Source of the DNA: Paracoccaceae bacterium
Lineage (GTDB): Bacteria; Pseudomonadota; Alphaproteobacteria; Rhodobacterales; Rhodobacteraceae
Assembly (NCBI GenBank): GCA_026417295.1
Contig: JAOADN010000007.1
Span: forward strand, 224 to 64,223
Direction: 5' to 3'
Length of the DNA: 64,000 nt
Shown: positions 37,304 to 46,351 of the stretch, piece by piece
How positions within the stretch are numbered: the first letter of the stretch is position 1
Layout of the letters: each line of letters begins with the position of its first letter
Position numbers and translations under genes: made by a program
Notes under the pieces: generated by a model
The model's input: the letters and a program-made list of their open reading frames with translations, nothing else
Database searches by the model: none
Told to the model about the DNA's origin: nothing

Positions 37304-38784
37304 GCGCCTTTGCCGAACTCATGGCCTTCCAGCGCGAGACCGAGGCGCTGGCCCTGATCGCGGGGCGGCTGGAATGGGACCAGGAGACGGTGATGCCGCC
37401 CGGCGCGGCGCAGCAGCGGGGCGAGGAATCGGCCGCGCTGGCCGGCGTGATCCATGCCCGCCGCACCGATCCGCGCATCGGCGACTGGCTTGCCGCGGCC
37501 GAGGCCCCGGACGCGGCGGGGCAGCGTGCGCTGGAGCTGATCGCCCGCGCCCACCGGCGCAACGGCTGCATCCCCGCGCGCCTTGCGGCCGAGATCGCAA
37601 GGGTGACGAGCCTGGCGCAGGGCATCTGGGCGGCCGCGCGGGCGGCCGACGACGTGGCGCGGTTCCTGCCGACGCTGCGCAACGTCGTGGCGCTGAAGCG
37701 CGAGGCGGGGCAGGCCCTGGCGGCGGGCGGCTTCGGGGCGGATGCCTATGACGCGCTGATCGACGAATACGAGCCCGGCATGACGGCCGCGCGCCTGGCG
37801 GCGATGTTCGGGCGGATGCGCCCGCGCCTTGTCGCCCTGCGCGAGGCGGTGCTGGGCGCCGAACGCCGGCCGAAGCCGCTGGAGGGGCTCTTTCCGAAGG
37901 AGGCGCAGCTTGCCTTCGCGCGCGAGCTTGCCGATGCCTTCGGCTACGACTGGGCGCGGGGGCGGCTGGACCTGGCGGTGCATCCCTTCTCGTCGGGGCA
38001 GGGCGAGGACGTGCGGATCACCACCCGGGTGGTCGAGACCGAGCCCTTCAACTGCTTCTATTCGACGATCCACGAGGTCGGCCATGCCTGCTACGAGCAG
38101 GGGATCGACGCCGCCCACCGCCTGACGCCGCTGGGGCAGGGGGTCTCGATGGGCGTGCACGAGAGCCAGAGCCGCATCTACGAGAACCAGCTCGGGCGCA
38201 GCCGCGCCTTCACGGGATGGATGTGGGGCCGGATGCGCGACATCTTCGGACCGCTGCGCGCGGCCGATGCGGCGGCCTTCTGGGGCACGGTGAACCGCGT
38301 CCATTCGGGCTTCATCCGCACCGAGGCGGACGAGGTGCATTACAACCTGCACGTCATGCTGCGCTTCGACCTGGAGCGCGAGCTGATCGGCGGGGGGCTG
38401 GAGGTCGAGGACCTGGAGGCGGCCTGGAACGACCGCTTCCATCGCGATTTCGGCGTCGTCGTCGACCGGCCGGCCAACGGGATGCTGCAGGACGTGCACT
38501 GGTCGGTCGGCGCGATCGGCTATTTCCCGACCTATTCGCTGGGCAATGTCTATGCCGGCTGCCTGCACAGGGCGCTGCGGGCGGACCTGCCGGAGCTTGA
38601 CGCCAGCCTTGCGCAGGGCGACGCGCGGCCGGCCACCGCCTGGCTGCGCGAGAAGGTGCAGCGGACGGGGGGCCTCTACGACCCGGCCGCGACGATCGCG
38701 CGCGCCTGCGGCTTCGCGCCGACGGAGGAGCCGCTGCTCGACTATCTGGAAGCGAAGTTCGGCGAGATCTACGGGCTTTCGTGA
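37300..38784 (+). CDS. M32-family (Taq-like) metallocarboxypeptidase
   Basis: 494 aa. ATG 37300 overlaps the ctaA stop. Zinc motif HEVGHACYEQG, plus HESQSR and DEVHYNLHV. Confidence 0.9.
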   Translation: MSAFAELMAFQRETEALALIAGRLEWDQETVMPPGAAQQRGEESAALAGVIHARRTDPRIGDWLAAAEAPDAAGQRALELIARAHRRNGCIPARLAAEIARVTSLAQGIWAAARAADDVARFLPTLRNVVALKREAGQALAAGGFGADAYDALIDEYEPGMTAARLAAMFGRMRPRLVALREAVLGAERRPKPLEGLFPKEAQLAFARELADAFGYDWARGRLDLAVHPFSSGQGEDVRITTRVVETEPFNCFYSTIHEVGHACYEQGIDAAHRLTPLGQGVSMGVHESQSRIYENQLGRSRAFTGWMWGRMRDIFGPLRAADAAAFWGTVNRVHSGFIRTEADEVHYNLHVMLRFDLERELIGGGLEVEDLEAAWNDRFHRDFGVVVDRPANGMLQDVHWSVGAIGYFPTYSLGNVYAGCLHRALRADLPELDASLAQGDARPATAWLREKVQRTGGLYDPAATIARACGFAPTEEPLLDYLEAKFGEIYGLS

Positions 38785-38835
38785 CGCCCGGCGGGGGCGC
38801 GGGGCGGCGGAAGGGGCGGCGGAAGGGGCGGCGCC

Positions 38836-39273
38836 TCAGTAGGTGGGGGGTTTCGCCACCAGCGGCGCGGTGCGGCCGGAGACCTTGAGATCCATCTCGC
38901 CGTCGGCGATGCCGATCGCCTGGAAGTCCTTCTGCATCTGCGAGGGCGGGGTCACCGGGCGGGCCGGATTGTGGCGCGGGGTCAGCCCGTATTCCTTGCC
39001 GAGGTTGTAGATGTCGGTCATCGCCCGAAGCTGCCAGGCCGGCTGGACGCCGTTGCCGACCCAGGCGCGGCACAGGAAGTAGTGCTCGACCGCCGCCATG
39101 ATCTCGTCGTCGGGATTGACGAGGTAGGGCGGGTAGATCACGCCGGGCACGCCGTTGCGGACGTTGTAGAGATCGCGCTTGAGGGTCATGAAGCGGGCGG
39201 GGATCGGCTCGTTGCGGCGATAGGCCTCCCACTTGCGGATGAGGTCCCAGACGACGCTGCGCTTGTCGGGCAT
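38836..39273 (-). CDS. hypothetical protein, family not recognised
   Basis: 145 aa from ATG 39273 (MPDKRSVVWDLIRKWEAYRRNEPIPARF...). The composition is protein-like (W, Y, K, D, N). The 32 Arg/Pro-rich codons upstream are probably not translated. Confidence 0.55.
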   Translation of the reverse strand: MPDKRSVVWDLIRKWEAYRRNEPIPARFMTLKRDLYNVRNGVPGVIYPPYLVNPDDEIMAAVEHYFLCRAWVGNGVQPAWQLRAMTDIYNLGKEYGLTPRHNPARPVTPPSQMQKDFQAIGIADGEMDLKVSGRTAPLVAKPPTY

Positions 39274-39407
39274 GGCGATGGCTTTCCCTGAAACGGGCGG
39301 GGGGTGAGGCCGCCCCCCGCGGCGGTGCGGACGGCGGCGAGGATAGACCCGGCCGGAGCGCGCCGCCAAGGCGGGATTGCCTGACCCTGCGCCCGGGCGC
39401 GGGGCCC

Positions 39408-40199
39408 TCAGGGGTCCTGGCGGGCGGGGCGCCTGTCGAGGAAGGCGTCGATGTCGCCGGCGGTCTCGGGGCGCATCAGGTTCGTCACCATCGCCGCGCC
39501 GGCCAGGCGGTAGGCCTCGGCCAGGGGCAGCCCGGCCTGGGCGTGGAAGGCCTCCTTGCCGATGCGCACCGCCGCCATGCGCTTGGCGGCGATGGTCGCG
39601 GCCAGCGCCCGGGTCTCGGCCCGCAGCCGGTCGGCGGGGACGACGCGGTTGACGAGGCCGAGCTCGCGGGCCCGCGCCGCGTCGATCATCTCGCCCGTCA
39701 CCAGCATCTCGAAGGCCGCGCGCGGGGCGATGGCGCGGGTCAGCGCGACCATGGGCGTGGCGCAGAAGAGCCCGATGTTCACCCCGTTGACGCCGAAGCG
39801 CGCCCCGTCGGCGGCCACGGCCATGTCGCAGGAGGCGACGAGCTGGCAGCCCGCCGCCGTGGCCACGCCCTGGACCTCGGCGATGACGGGCTGGGGCAGG
39901 GCGGGGATGGCCTGCATCACCGCGGCGCAGCGGTCGAAGAGGCGCGCGAAGCCGGCAGCCCCGCCGTCGGGGGCGGCGCGCGCGGCCTGGATCTCGCGCA
40001 GGTCGTGGCCGGCCGAGAAGGCCCGGCCGGCCGCGCGCAGCACGACGACGCGGATCGCGGGATCGGCGGCGAGATCGGCGAAGGCGCGGGCCAGCGCGTC
40101 GAGCATCGCCAGGGAAAGCGCGTTGAGCCGCTCGGGCGCGTTCAGCGTGAGCGTGGCGATTGCGCCCTCATCGGCGCGAAGCAGGATGTCCTGTGGCAT
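39408..40199 (-). CDS. enoyl-CoA hydratase/isomerase family protein
   Basis: MPQDILLRADEGAIATLTLNAPERLNALS...FSAGHDL...AEVQGVATAAGCQLV. An alternative start lies at 40223. Confidence 0.88.
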   Translation of the reverse strand: MPQDILLRADEGAIATLTLNAPERLNALSLAMLDALARAFADLAADPAIRVVVLRAAGRAFSAGHDLREIQAARAAPDGGAAGFARLFDRCAAVMQAIPALPQPVIAEVQGVATAAGCQLVASCDMAVAADGARFGVNGVNIGLFCATPMVALTRAIAPRAAFEMLVTGEMIDAARARELGLVNRVVPADRLRAETRALAATIAAKRMAAVRIGKEAFHAQAGLPLAEAYRLAGAAMVTNLMRPETAGDIDAFLDRRPARQDP

Positions 40200-40328
40200 G
40201 GCGCGGCCCCCCCGTCGGGCCAAGGCTACGCTGCCGGGGCGGGACGGAAAAGGGGGCGCAATTCGCGGTAAAAAGATACCGTATGTCTAAACGCATGGAA
40301 TACAAGGGATTTCGCCGCGTGATGGCCC

Positions 40329-40357
40329 TTGACGCGGGGCGCGAAATCCACGAAAAG
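40329..40357 (+). promoter_or_regulatory. candidate rplM-rpsI promoter TTGACG-N17-GAAAAG
   Basis: Same architecture and same downstream CCGCCATCC block as the rplU upstream region. Confidence 0.5.
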
Positions 40358-40413
40358 CCGCCATCCGATTCCGGGCGGCCCGCCGCCGCCCCTGACCATC
40401 AGAGGGTCGCAAG

Positions 40414-40878
40414 ATGAAAACCTTCACCGCCACACCGGCGGATATCGAGAAGAAGTGGATCCTGATCGACGCCGAGGGCGTGGTCCTGGGCCGCCTGGCG
40501 ACGATCGTCGCCAACCGCCTGCGCGGCAAGCACAAGCCCAGCTTCACGCCGCACATGGACATGGGCGACAACGTCATCGTCATCAATGCCGAGAAGGTGC
40601 AGATGACCGGGCGCAAGCGCACGGACAAGCAGTATTTCTGGCACACCAACCATCCCGGCGGCATCAAGTCGCGCAGCGCCGCGCAGATCCTCGAAGGGGC
40701 CCATCCCGAGCGCGTCGTCGTCAAGGCGGTTGAGCGGATGATCAGCCGCAACCGGCTGGGCAAGCAGCAGATGACCCATCTGCGGGTCTATGCGGGCACC
40801 GAGCACCCGCATGCCGCCCAGAACCCCGAAGTGCTGGACGTCAAGTCGATGAACCCCAAGAACAGCCGGAGCGCCTGA
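40414..40878 (+). CDS. rplM: 50S ribosomal protein L13
   Basis: Starts [29 protein letters not shown]. Confidence 0.97.
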   Translation: MKTFTATPADIEKKWILIDAEGVVLGRLATIVANRLRGKHKPSFTPHMDMGDNVIVINAEKVQMTGRKRTDKQYFWHTNHPGGIKSRSAAQILEGAHPERVVVKAVERMISRNRLGKQQMTHLRVYAGTEHPHAAQNPEVLDVKSMNPKNSRSA

Positions 40879-40879
40879 G

Positions 40880-41380
40880 ATGGCCGACGAAATCAAATCG
40901 CTGGACGACCTGAAGTCCGTCGTCGCCGGATCGGCCCCCGCCGCGACCGCCGCCGCGCCGGCCCCCGCGCCGCGCCAGCCCGAGCGCGACAAGCTGGGCC
41001 GCGCCTATGCCACCGGCAAGCGCAAGGACGCCGTCGCCCGGGTCTGGATCAAGCCGGGCAAGGGCCAGGTCACGGTGAACGGCAAGGCGATGAAGGACTA
41101 CTTCGCCCGCCCGGTGCTGCAGATGATCCTGCGCCAGCCCTTCACGGTGGCCAATGTCGAGGGCCAGTTCGACGTGATGGCGACGGTCGCCGGCGGCGGC
41201 CTGTCGGGGCAGGCCGGCGCGGTCAAGCACGGAATCTCGAAGGCACTGCAGCTTTACGAGCCCAGCCTGCGCGCGCCCCTCAAGGCGGCGGGCTTCCTGA
41301 CCCGCGACAGCCGCGTGGTCGAGCGCAAGAAATACGGCAAGCGCAAGGCGCGCCGGTCCTTCCAGTTCTCGAAGCGCTGA
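40880..41380 (+). CDS. rpsI: 30S ribosomal protein S9
   Basis: The C-terminus ...[26 protein letters not shown] is canonical for S9. Confidence 0.97.
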   Translation: MADEIKSLDDLKSVVAGSAPAATAAAPAPAPRQPERDKLGRAYATGKRKDAVARVWIKPGKGQVTVNGKAMKDYFARPVLQMILRQPFTVANVEGQFDVMATVAGGGLSGQAGAVKHGISKALQLYEPSLRAPLKAAGFLTRDSRVVERKKYGKRKARRSFQFSKR

Positions 41381-41419
41381 GCGGGACGCGGCCGCGCCCG
41401 GTCCCGGGTCCTTCCGTGC

Positions 41420-41449
41420 GGGGGCCGCTCCTTCCGGGGGGCGGCCCCC
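41420..41449 (+). terminator. GC hairpin after rpsI (no clear U-tract)
   Basis: GGGGGCCGC ... GCGGCCCCC, a perfect 9-bp stem with an 11-12 nt loop. Confidence 0.4.
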
Positions 41450-41598
41450 GTGCCGTTCCGGCGACGGGCCGGCCGCTCCGTGGGGTGCGTCCGCCCCCAC
41501 CCCCTTGACCGCCGCGGCCGCGCCGCGAAAGGCTGGCCCGGGGTCGCGCGCGGCGCGGCCGGACGGTCAGGAAGGGCAGGAAGGGAAGGGGCCTTGCG

Positions 41599-42374
41599 AT
41601 GCTGGATTCGGCGGCGGAATACCTGCGAACGGCACCCTTCGCCGTCTTTGCCTTCAGCTTCGCCATTCCGGCCGTCCTCGCCGGGATCATGGCCTGGGCG
41701 GCGATCTGGTCGGGGCGCAATGCGCGCGCGCTGGCGGCGATGAAGGACACCACGGTCGATGCCCTGGCCGAGGGCGTGGCGCTGGTCTCGGGGACGACGG
41801 CCGCGCCCCCGCCGCCGAGGCGCCCTTGACCGGGCGCCCCTGCGTCTGGGCGGAGGCCGTGGTCGAACGGGCGGTGCGCCGGGGCGACCGCGAGGAGCGG
41901 ACCTGGCACTGGGACCGGGTCAGCGAGACCGTCGTCGGCGAGACCTTCGACATCGGCTGGAACGGCGCCACGGCGACGGTCAACAGCGGGGGCGCGACCG
42001 TCCATCATGCGGCCTGGAGCGAATGGTACGGCCCCGCCGCCCGGCCGGACGAGCGCGACCCGCCGCTGCGCCCGGGGACCGAACCGATCGGCGTGGGACG
42101 GGTGGAGCAGATGGGCGATCCGGCCGCCCGCTACCGCTATCGCGAGCGCCATGTCATGGCCGGGCAGCCGGTCTTCGTGCTGGGCGAGGTGACGCGCGGC
42201 CCCGGGCCGGGCCGCTGGGTGATCGGCGCGGCGGCCGGCAGGCCCTTCCTGATCTCGACGCGCAGCCCCGATGCGATCGGCACGGAAAGCCGGCTGGCGG
42301 CGAAGGCGGGGCTGTGGATGGCGGCGGTCTTCGCGGCGCTGGCGCTTGGCGTGCTGTGGCTGCGCTTCGGCTGA
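41599..42374 (+). pseudogene. GIDE-like (E3-ligase-domain family) two-TM membrane protein, interrupted by a frameshift near 41806-41815
   Basis: ORF 41599..41829 encodes the N-terminal TM helix and ...TTVDALAEGVALVSGTTAAP. The -1 frame continues ...APLTGRPCVWAEAVVER... through to a C-terminal TM helix, ending at 42374. The switch falls at a C5/GCC-rich run. Confidence 0.55.
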
Positions 42375-42487
42375 GCAGCCTGTTGCGCCGCGGACTCGGC
42401 GGCACGGATTCGCCGCGCCGGAATTGACGCGGCGCCGGGCGCGGGCGCAGTCTCGGCCCCGAGGCAGACAGAAGAACGAGCAGACAG

Positions 42488-42742
42488 ATGCCCGACAGAA
42501 CCACCTTCCACGCCTCTGTGGGACAGGATTTCCTCGGCTTCCGCAAGACCCGTCAGGGGATCACCGAGATCGTCTACGACGACGGGCGGCGCCACCGCAT
42601 GGTCTGGCGCGTGCGCTCGGCCACCCCCGACGGGGCGATCGGCGAGGCGCTCGACCGCGCCGTGCACCAGCCCCGCGTCCTGCCGGCGCTGTTCGCCGAG
42701 CTGAAGAAGCGGTCGATCGCCATCGAGGCCGTCACCGCCTGA
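42488..42742 (+). CDS. hypothetical small protein (84 aa)
   Basis: Strong G/C third-position bias on manual codon reading and a protein-like composition. No family recognised. Confidence 0.5.
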   Translation: MPDRTTFHASVGQDFLGFRKTRQGITEIVYDDGRRHRMVWRVRSATPDGAIGEALDRAVHQPRVLPALFAELKKRSIAIEAVTA

Positions 42743-42762
42743 CGGCGCCAGAGGCGGGCGCG

Positions 42763-42792
42763 ACGAAAGAAGGCCGGGCGCTTGGCCCGGCC
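42763..42792 (-). terminator. hairpin between convergent genes, with a U-rich tail on the minus strand (DUF1127 gene terminator)
   Basis: GGCCGGGC-GCTTG-GCCCGGCC, a perfect 8-bp stem. On the minus strand it is followed by TTCTTTCG. Confidence 0.5.
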
Positions 42793-42824
42793 CAGGAAGA
42801 GGTCCGTCGGGGATGAGACGGGAC

Positions 42825-43037
42825 CTATTCGGTGAAGAAGTGCTTCAGCGCCTCGCGCTGCGCCTGACCCTCGGTCAGGCCGATGTCGCGCAGCAGATGG
42901 GCGTCGAGCCGGCCGAGCGCGGCCCGGGTGGCGCGGCGCTCTGCCGCCTGTCGGAAGACCTGCCGCAGCGACGAAAGGAACGTGCCGACACCGGCCAGGC
43001 TGGCGCCGGCTGCGATTGTTCTGCGTGTGTCGATCAT
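42825..43037 (-). CDS. DUF1127-domain small protein
   Basis: 70 aa. The C-terminal region LGRLDAHLLRDIGLTEGQA matches the DUF1127 motif (L..L.D..L.DIGL.R). An SD (GAAGGTGA) lies upstream. Confidence 0.8.
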   Translation of the reverse strand: MIDTRRTIAAGASLAGVGTFLSSLRQVFRQAAERRATRAALGRLDAHLLRDIGLTEGQAQREALKHFFTE

Positions 43038-43056
43038 GATTCACCTTCGGTTCTTC

Positions 43057-43147
43057 GATACAATATTGATACAATCGGAAAGCTGATGTATTGTGTGGAT
43101 ACAAACCCGGCGTGGAGAGGTCCAGAGAAACATTGTGCCCGATACAA
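43057..43147. repeat. four direct copies of GATACAA in the DUF1127/MocR divergent control region
   Basis: Copies at 43057-63, 43068-74 (11-bp spacing, as the extended ATACAAT), 43098-104 and 43141-47. A partial inverted copy GTATTGT lies at 43088-94. This is one of the most AT-rich spots in the window. Confidence 0.6.
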
Positions 43148-44547
43148 GCTGGCGGCCGGATCTGACACAATTCAGGGGACCCAAGTACATCGCGCTGTCC
43201 CATGCGCTGCGCGACGCCGTGCGCAGCGGTGCCCTGCCCGAGGGGACGCGCCTGCCCCCGGTGCGCGACCTGGCCTGGCATCTGGGCGTGACGCCGGGCA
43301 CGGTGGCGCGCGCCTACCAGATCGGCACGCAGGACGGTCTTCTGGAGGCGGCGGTGGGGCGCGGCACCTTCGTCGCCTCGCGCACGCCGCAGCTCGGCCC
43401 GACCGAGCCCATGCATACCGGGACCACCCGCGCCACGGGGCAGCGGGCGGCGGGGGCGCTGGACCTGCGCTCGCCGGACCTGCCCGAGGTCGGGCAGGGG
43501 GCGGCGATCGCGGCGGCGCTGCGGGCCATGGCCGATGCGGTGGGGCCGGACTACCTGGACTATCCGGGGGTGCGGTCGGACCAGGGGCTGCGCGCGGCGC
43601 TGGCGCGCTGGCTGGACGACCGGCCGCTGGGCGCGATCGGGGCCGAGGACATCGTGCTGACGAATGGCGGGCAGAACGCCATCGGCATCATCTTCCAGTG
43701 CTGCCTGCGCGGCGAGCGTCCGGTCGTCTTTGCCGAGGAACTGGCCTATCCCGGATTCCGCCACGCGGCGCGGCTGAACCGGGCGGAGGTGATTCCGGTG
43801 GCGCTGGACGGGCAGGGGATGCGGGCCGACGCGCTTGACCTGGCCTGCCGGCGCCATGCCGGCCGCATCGTCTGCCTGACGCCCGAGGCGCAGAACCCGA
43901 CCACGGCGCGCATGACGCCCGAGCGGCGGGCAGAGATCGTGGCGGTGGCACGGATGCACGACCTGCAGATCCTCGAGGACGACTGCTATGCCCCCGCCCA
44001 TGACGGCACGCCGGCCCTGCGGGCGGCGGCCCCGGAACGGACCTGGCACGTCACCTCGCTGTCGAAGTCGATCGCGGCGGGCCTGCGCTTCGGCGTCGTC
44101 GTGGCGCCGACGGGCCGGGGCGAGGCGGCGCGCCTGGCCGCGCAGCACAACTTCTTCGGCCTGGCGCGGCCGGTGACCGACCTCGTGCAGCGGCTGCTCG
44201 AGACGGGCGAGGCCGACCGGCTGCGCGCGGCGGTGCGCGCGGCCATGGCGCGGCGGCTGGAGATCGCGCTCAACGCGCTCGGCCGGCACGACGTCGGCTG
44301 GCAGAAGGGGCTGTCCTACCTGTGGGTGCGCATGCCCTCGGGCTGGCGCGCCTCGTCCTTCGGGCGCGAGGCCGAGGCGGCGGGCGTCCTGGTCCGGCAG
44401 GCCGACGAATACGCCCTGTCGGAGGGGCGCGCCCCGAATGCCGTGCGGGTGGCGCTGGCCGGCGGCGCGACCGAGGCGCGCTTTGCCGAGGCGATGCAGG
44501 CGCTGGCCCGGCTGCTGGACAACCCGCCGCGCGAACTGTCGGTCTGA
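43135..44547 (+). CDS. MocR/GabR-type regulator (GntR wHTH fused to a PLP aminotransferase-like domain)
   Basis: wHTH region RLPPVRDLAWHLGVTPGTVARAYQIGTQDGLLEAAVGRGTFV followed by a class-I aminotransferase-like domain of about 350 aa. The start is uncertain (GTG 43135 or GTG 43093). Confidence 0.85.
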   Translation: MPDTSWRPDLTQFRGPKYIALSHALRDAVRSGALPEGTRLPPVRDLAWHLGVTPGTVARAYQIGTQDGLLEAAVGRGTFVASRTPQLGPTEPMHTGTTRATGQRAAGALDLRSPDLPEVGQGAAIAAALRAMADAVGPDYLDYPGVRSDQGLRAALARWLDDRPLGAIGAEDIVLTNGGQNAIGIIFQCCLRGERPVVFAEELAYPGFRHAARLNRAEVIPVALDGQGMRADALDLACRRHAGRIVCLTPEAQNPTTARMTPERRAEIVAVARMHDLQILEDDCYAPAHDGTPALRAAAPERTWHVTSLSKSIAAGLRFGVVVAPTGRGEAARLAAQHNFFGLARPVTDLVQRLLETGEADRLRAAVRAAMARRLEIALNALGRHDVGWQKGLSYLWVRMPSGWRASSFGREAEAAGVLVRQADEYALSEGRAPNAVRVALAGGATEARFAEAMQALARLLDNPPRELSV

Positions 44548-44629
44548 CCGGGGGGCGGCCGCGCGCGAGCCCCCTTTCCCTTGCCCTTGGCCTGTGCAAA
44601 CCTGCCAGGCAAAGAAGAACCCGACAGGG

Positions 44630-45532
44630 ATGGGGACGATGCCGGACAGTGCGAAGGGGGGCCGCTTCACGCGGTCGCAGGCCTTCAGCGGCTATGTGAT
44701 GATCAGCCCGCCGTTCATCTATGCGGTGCTGATGCTGGGCGCGCCGCTTCTGGCGGTGATCATCCTGTCCTTCCTGACCGACGGATCGGGGGCCGAGCGC
44801 ATCATCCGCCAGTTCACCACGGCGAACTACGTCGAGGCGCTGGGCGACCCGCTCAACCGGCTGCTCTGGATGCGGTCGGTCTTCGTGTCGCTGATGGTGA
44901 CGCTGGCCACGGTGATCCTGGCCTTTCCGATCGCCTACTACATCTCGTTCGTCGTCCGGCCAGAGAAGAAGTCGCTGTGGCTGTTCCTGATCACCATCCC
45001 GTTCTGGACCAGCTACCTGATCCGCGTCTTCCTGTGGAAGGTGATCCTCGGCTATTCGGGGGTGGTGAACTCGGCGCTGCTCGGGCTGGGGCTCATCGAC
45101 GAGCCGCTGCAATGGATCAACTACAATGTCGGGGCGGTGATCCTGACGCTGGCCCATGCCTATGCGCCCTTCGCCATCCTGCCCATATTCGTGGCGCTGG
45201 AGAAGATCGACCGCTCGCTGCTCGAGGCCGGGCAGGACCTGGGCGAATCGAAGGCGATGACCTTCCTGCGCGTCACGCTGCCGCTCGCCATGCCGGGGGT
45301 GATCGGCGCGACGCTCATCGTCTTCATCCCGACGGTCGGCGACTACGTCACCCCGCAGCTCGTCGGCGGGCCAGAGGGCCGGCTGATCGCGAACATGATC
45401 CAGCTGCAGTTCCTGAAGCTTGACAACTACCCGCTGGGATCGGCGATCTCGGTCATCACGATGGTCATCGTCGGGGTGATCTCGCTTCTGTTCCTGCTGG
45501 CGAACCGGCGCTTCCTGCGCGGGCAGAGGTAG
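44630..45532 (+). CDS. ABC transporter permease (PotB-like, polyamine/opine type)
   Basis: From ATG 44630, six TM helices and an EAA-loop region LLEAGQDLGESKAMTFLRVTLP. Confidence 0.85.
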   Translation: MGTMPDSAKGGRFTRSQAFSGYVMISPPFIYAVLMLGAPLLAVIILSFLTDGSGAERIIRQFTTANYVEALGDPLNRLLWMRSVFVSLMVTLATVILAFPIAYYISFVVRPEKKSLWLFLITIPFWTSYLIRVFLWKVILGYSGVVNSALLGLGLIDEPLQWINYNVGAVILTLAHAYAPFAILPIFVALEKIDRSLLEAGQDLGESKAMTFLRVTLPLAMPGVIGATLIVFIPTVGDYVTPQLVGGPEGRLIANMIQLQFLKLDNYPLGSAISVITMVIVGVISLLFLLANRRFLRGQR

Positions 45533-45544
45533 GGAGGCGCGACG

Positions 45545-46351
45545 ATGAAGTTCCCCTGGCTGCGGGTCTATTCCTGGCTCTACCTCGTCTTCCTCTTCGC
45601 GCCGGTGTTCCTGCTGCCGCTCTTCGCCTTCAACGCCGGCACCGTCATCGCCTTTCCGCTTCAGGGCTTCTCGCTGAAGTGGTTCGCGGCGCTCCTGGAC
45701 AACGAATCCCTGCACGAGGCGGTGAGGAACTCGCTGACGATCGCGATCACCGTCTCGGTCGTCTCGACCACGCTGGGCATCTTCGCGGCGCGCGCCGCCA
45801 CGCGCTACGACTTCCGCGGCAAGGGGCCGATGATCGGGCTGATCATGCTGCCGCTCGTCATGCCGGAGGTGATCCTTGCGGTGGCGCTGCTGGTCGTCTT
45901 CCTGCAGATCGCGCTGCCGCTCGGCATGCTGGCGATCATCCTGGGCCATATCCTGGTCTGCACGCCCTTCTGCATCGCCATCCTCAACGGGGCCTTCCTG
46001 AGCCTCGACAAGTCGCTCGAGGAGGCGGCCTACGACCTGGGCGAGACGCGGATCTCGACCTTCCGGCTGATCATCCTGCCGCTCGTCATGCCGGGGATCA
46101 TCTCGTCGCTGCTGATCGCCTTCATCATCTCGCTCGACGAGTTCATCATGGCCTTCTTCGTCGGCGGCACGACGGTGACGCTGCCGATCTACATCTTCTC
46201 GCAACTGCGGTTCCCGGCGGGACTTCCGGTCATCATGGCCCTGGGCACGATCCTGGTCTGCCTGTCGATCCTGCTGCTTTCCATCGCCGAATACGTCCGC
46301 CGCCGCGGCGTGGCCCGGACCGGCGCCAAAGACACCGGAGGTTTCCTGTGA
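45545..46351 (+). CDS. ABC transporter permease (PotC-like)
   Basis: 268 aa with EAA-loop SLEEAAYDLGETRISTFRLIILP. Confidence 0.85.
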   Translation: MKFPWLRVYSWLYLVFLFAPVFLLPLFAFNAGTVIAFPLQGFSLKWFAALLDNESLHEAVRNSLTIAITVSVVSTTLGIFAARAATRYDFRGKGPMIGLIMLPLVMPEVILAVALLVVFLQIALPLGMLAIILGHILVCTPFCIAILNGAFLSLDKSLEEAAYDLGETRISTFRLIILPLVMPGIISSLLIAFIISLDEFIMAFFVGGTTVTLPIYIFSQLRFPAGLPVIMALGTILVCLSILLLSIAEYVRRRGVARTGAKDTGGFL

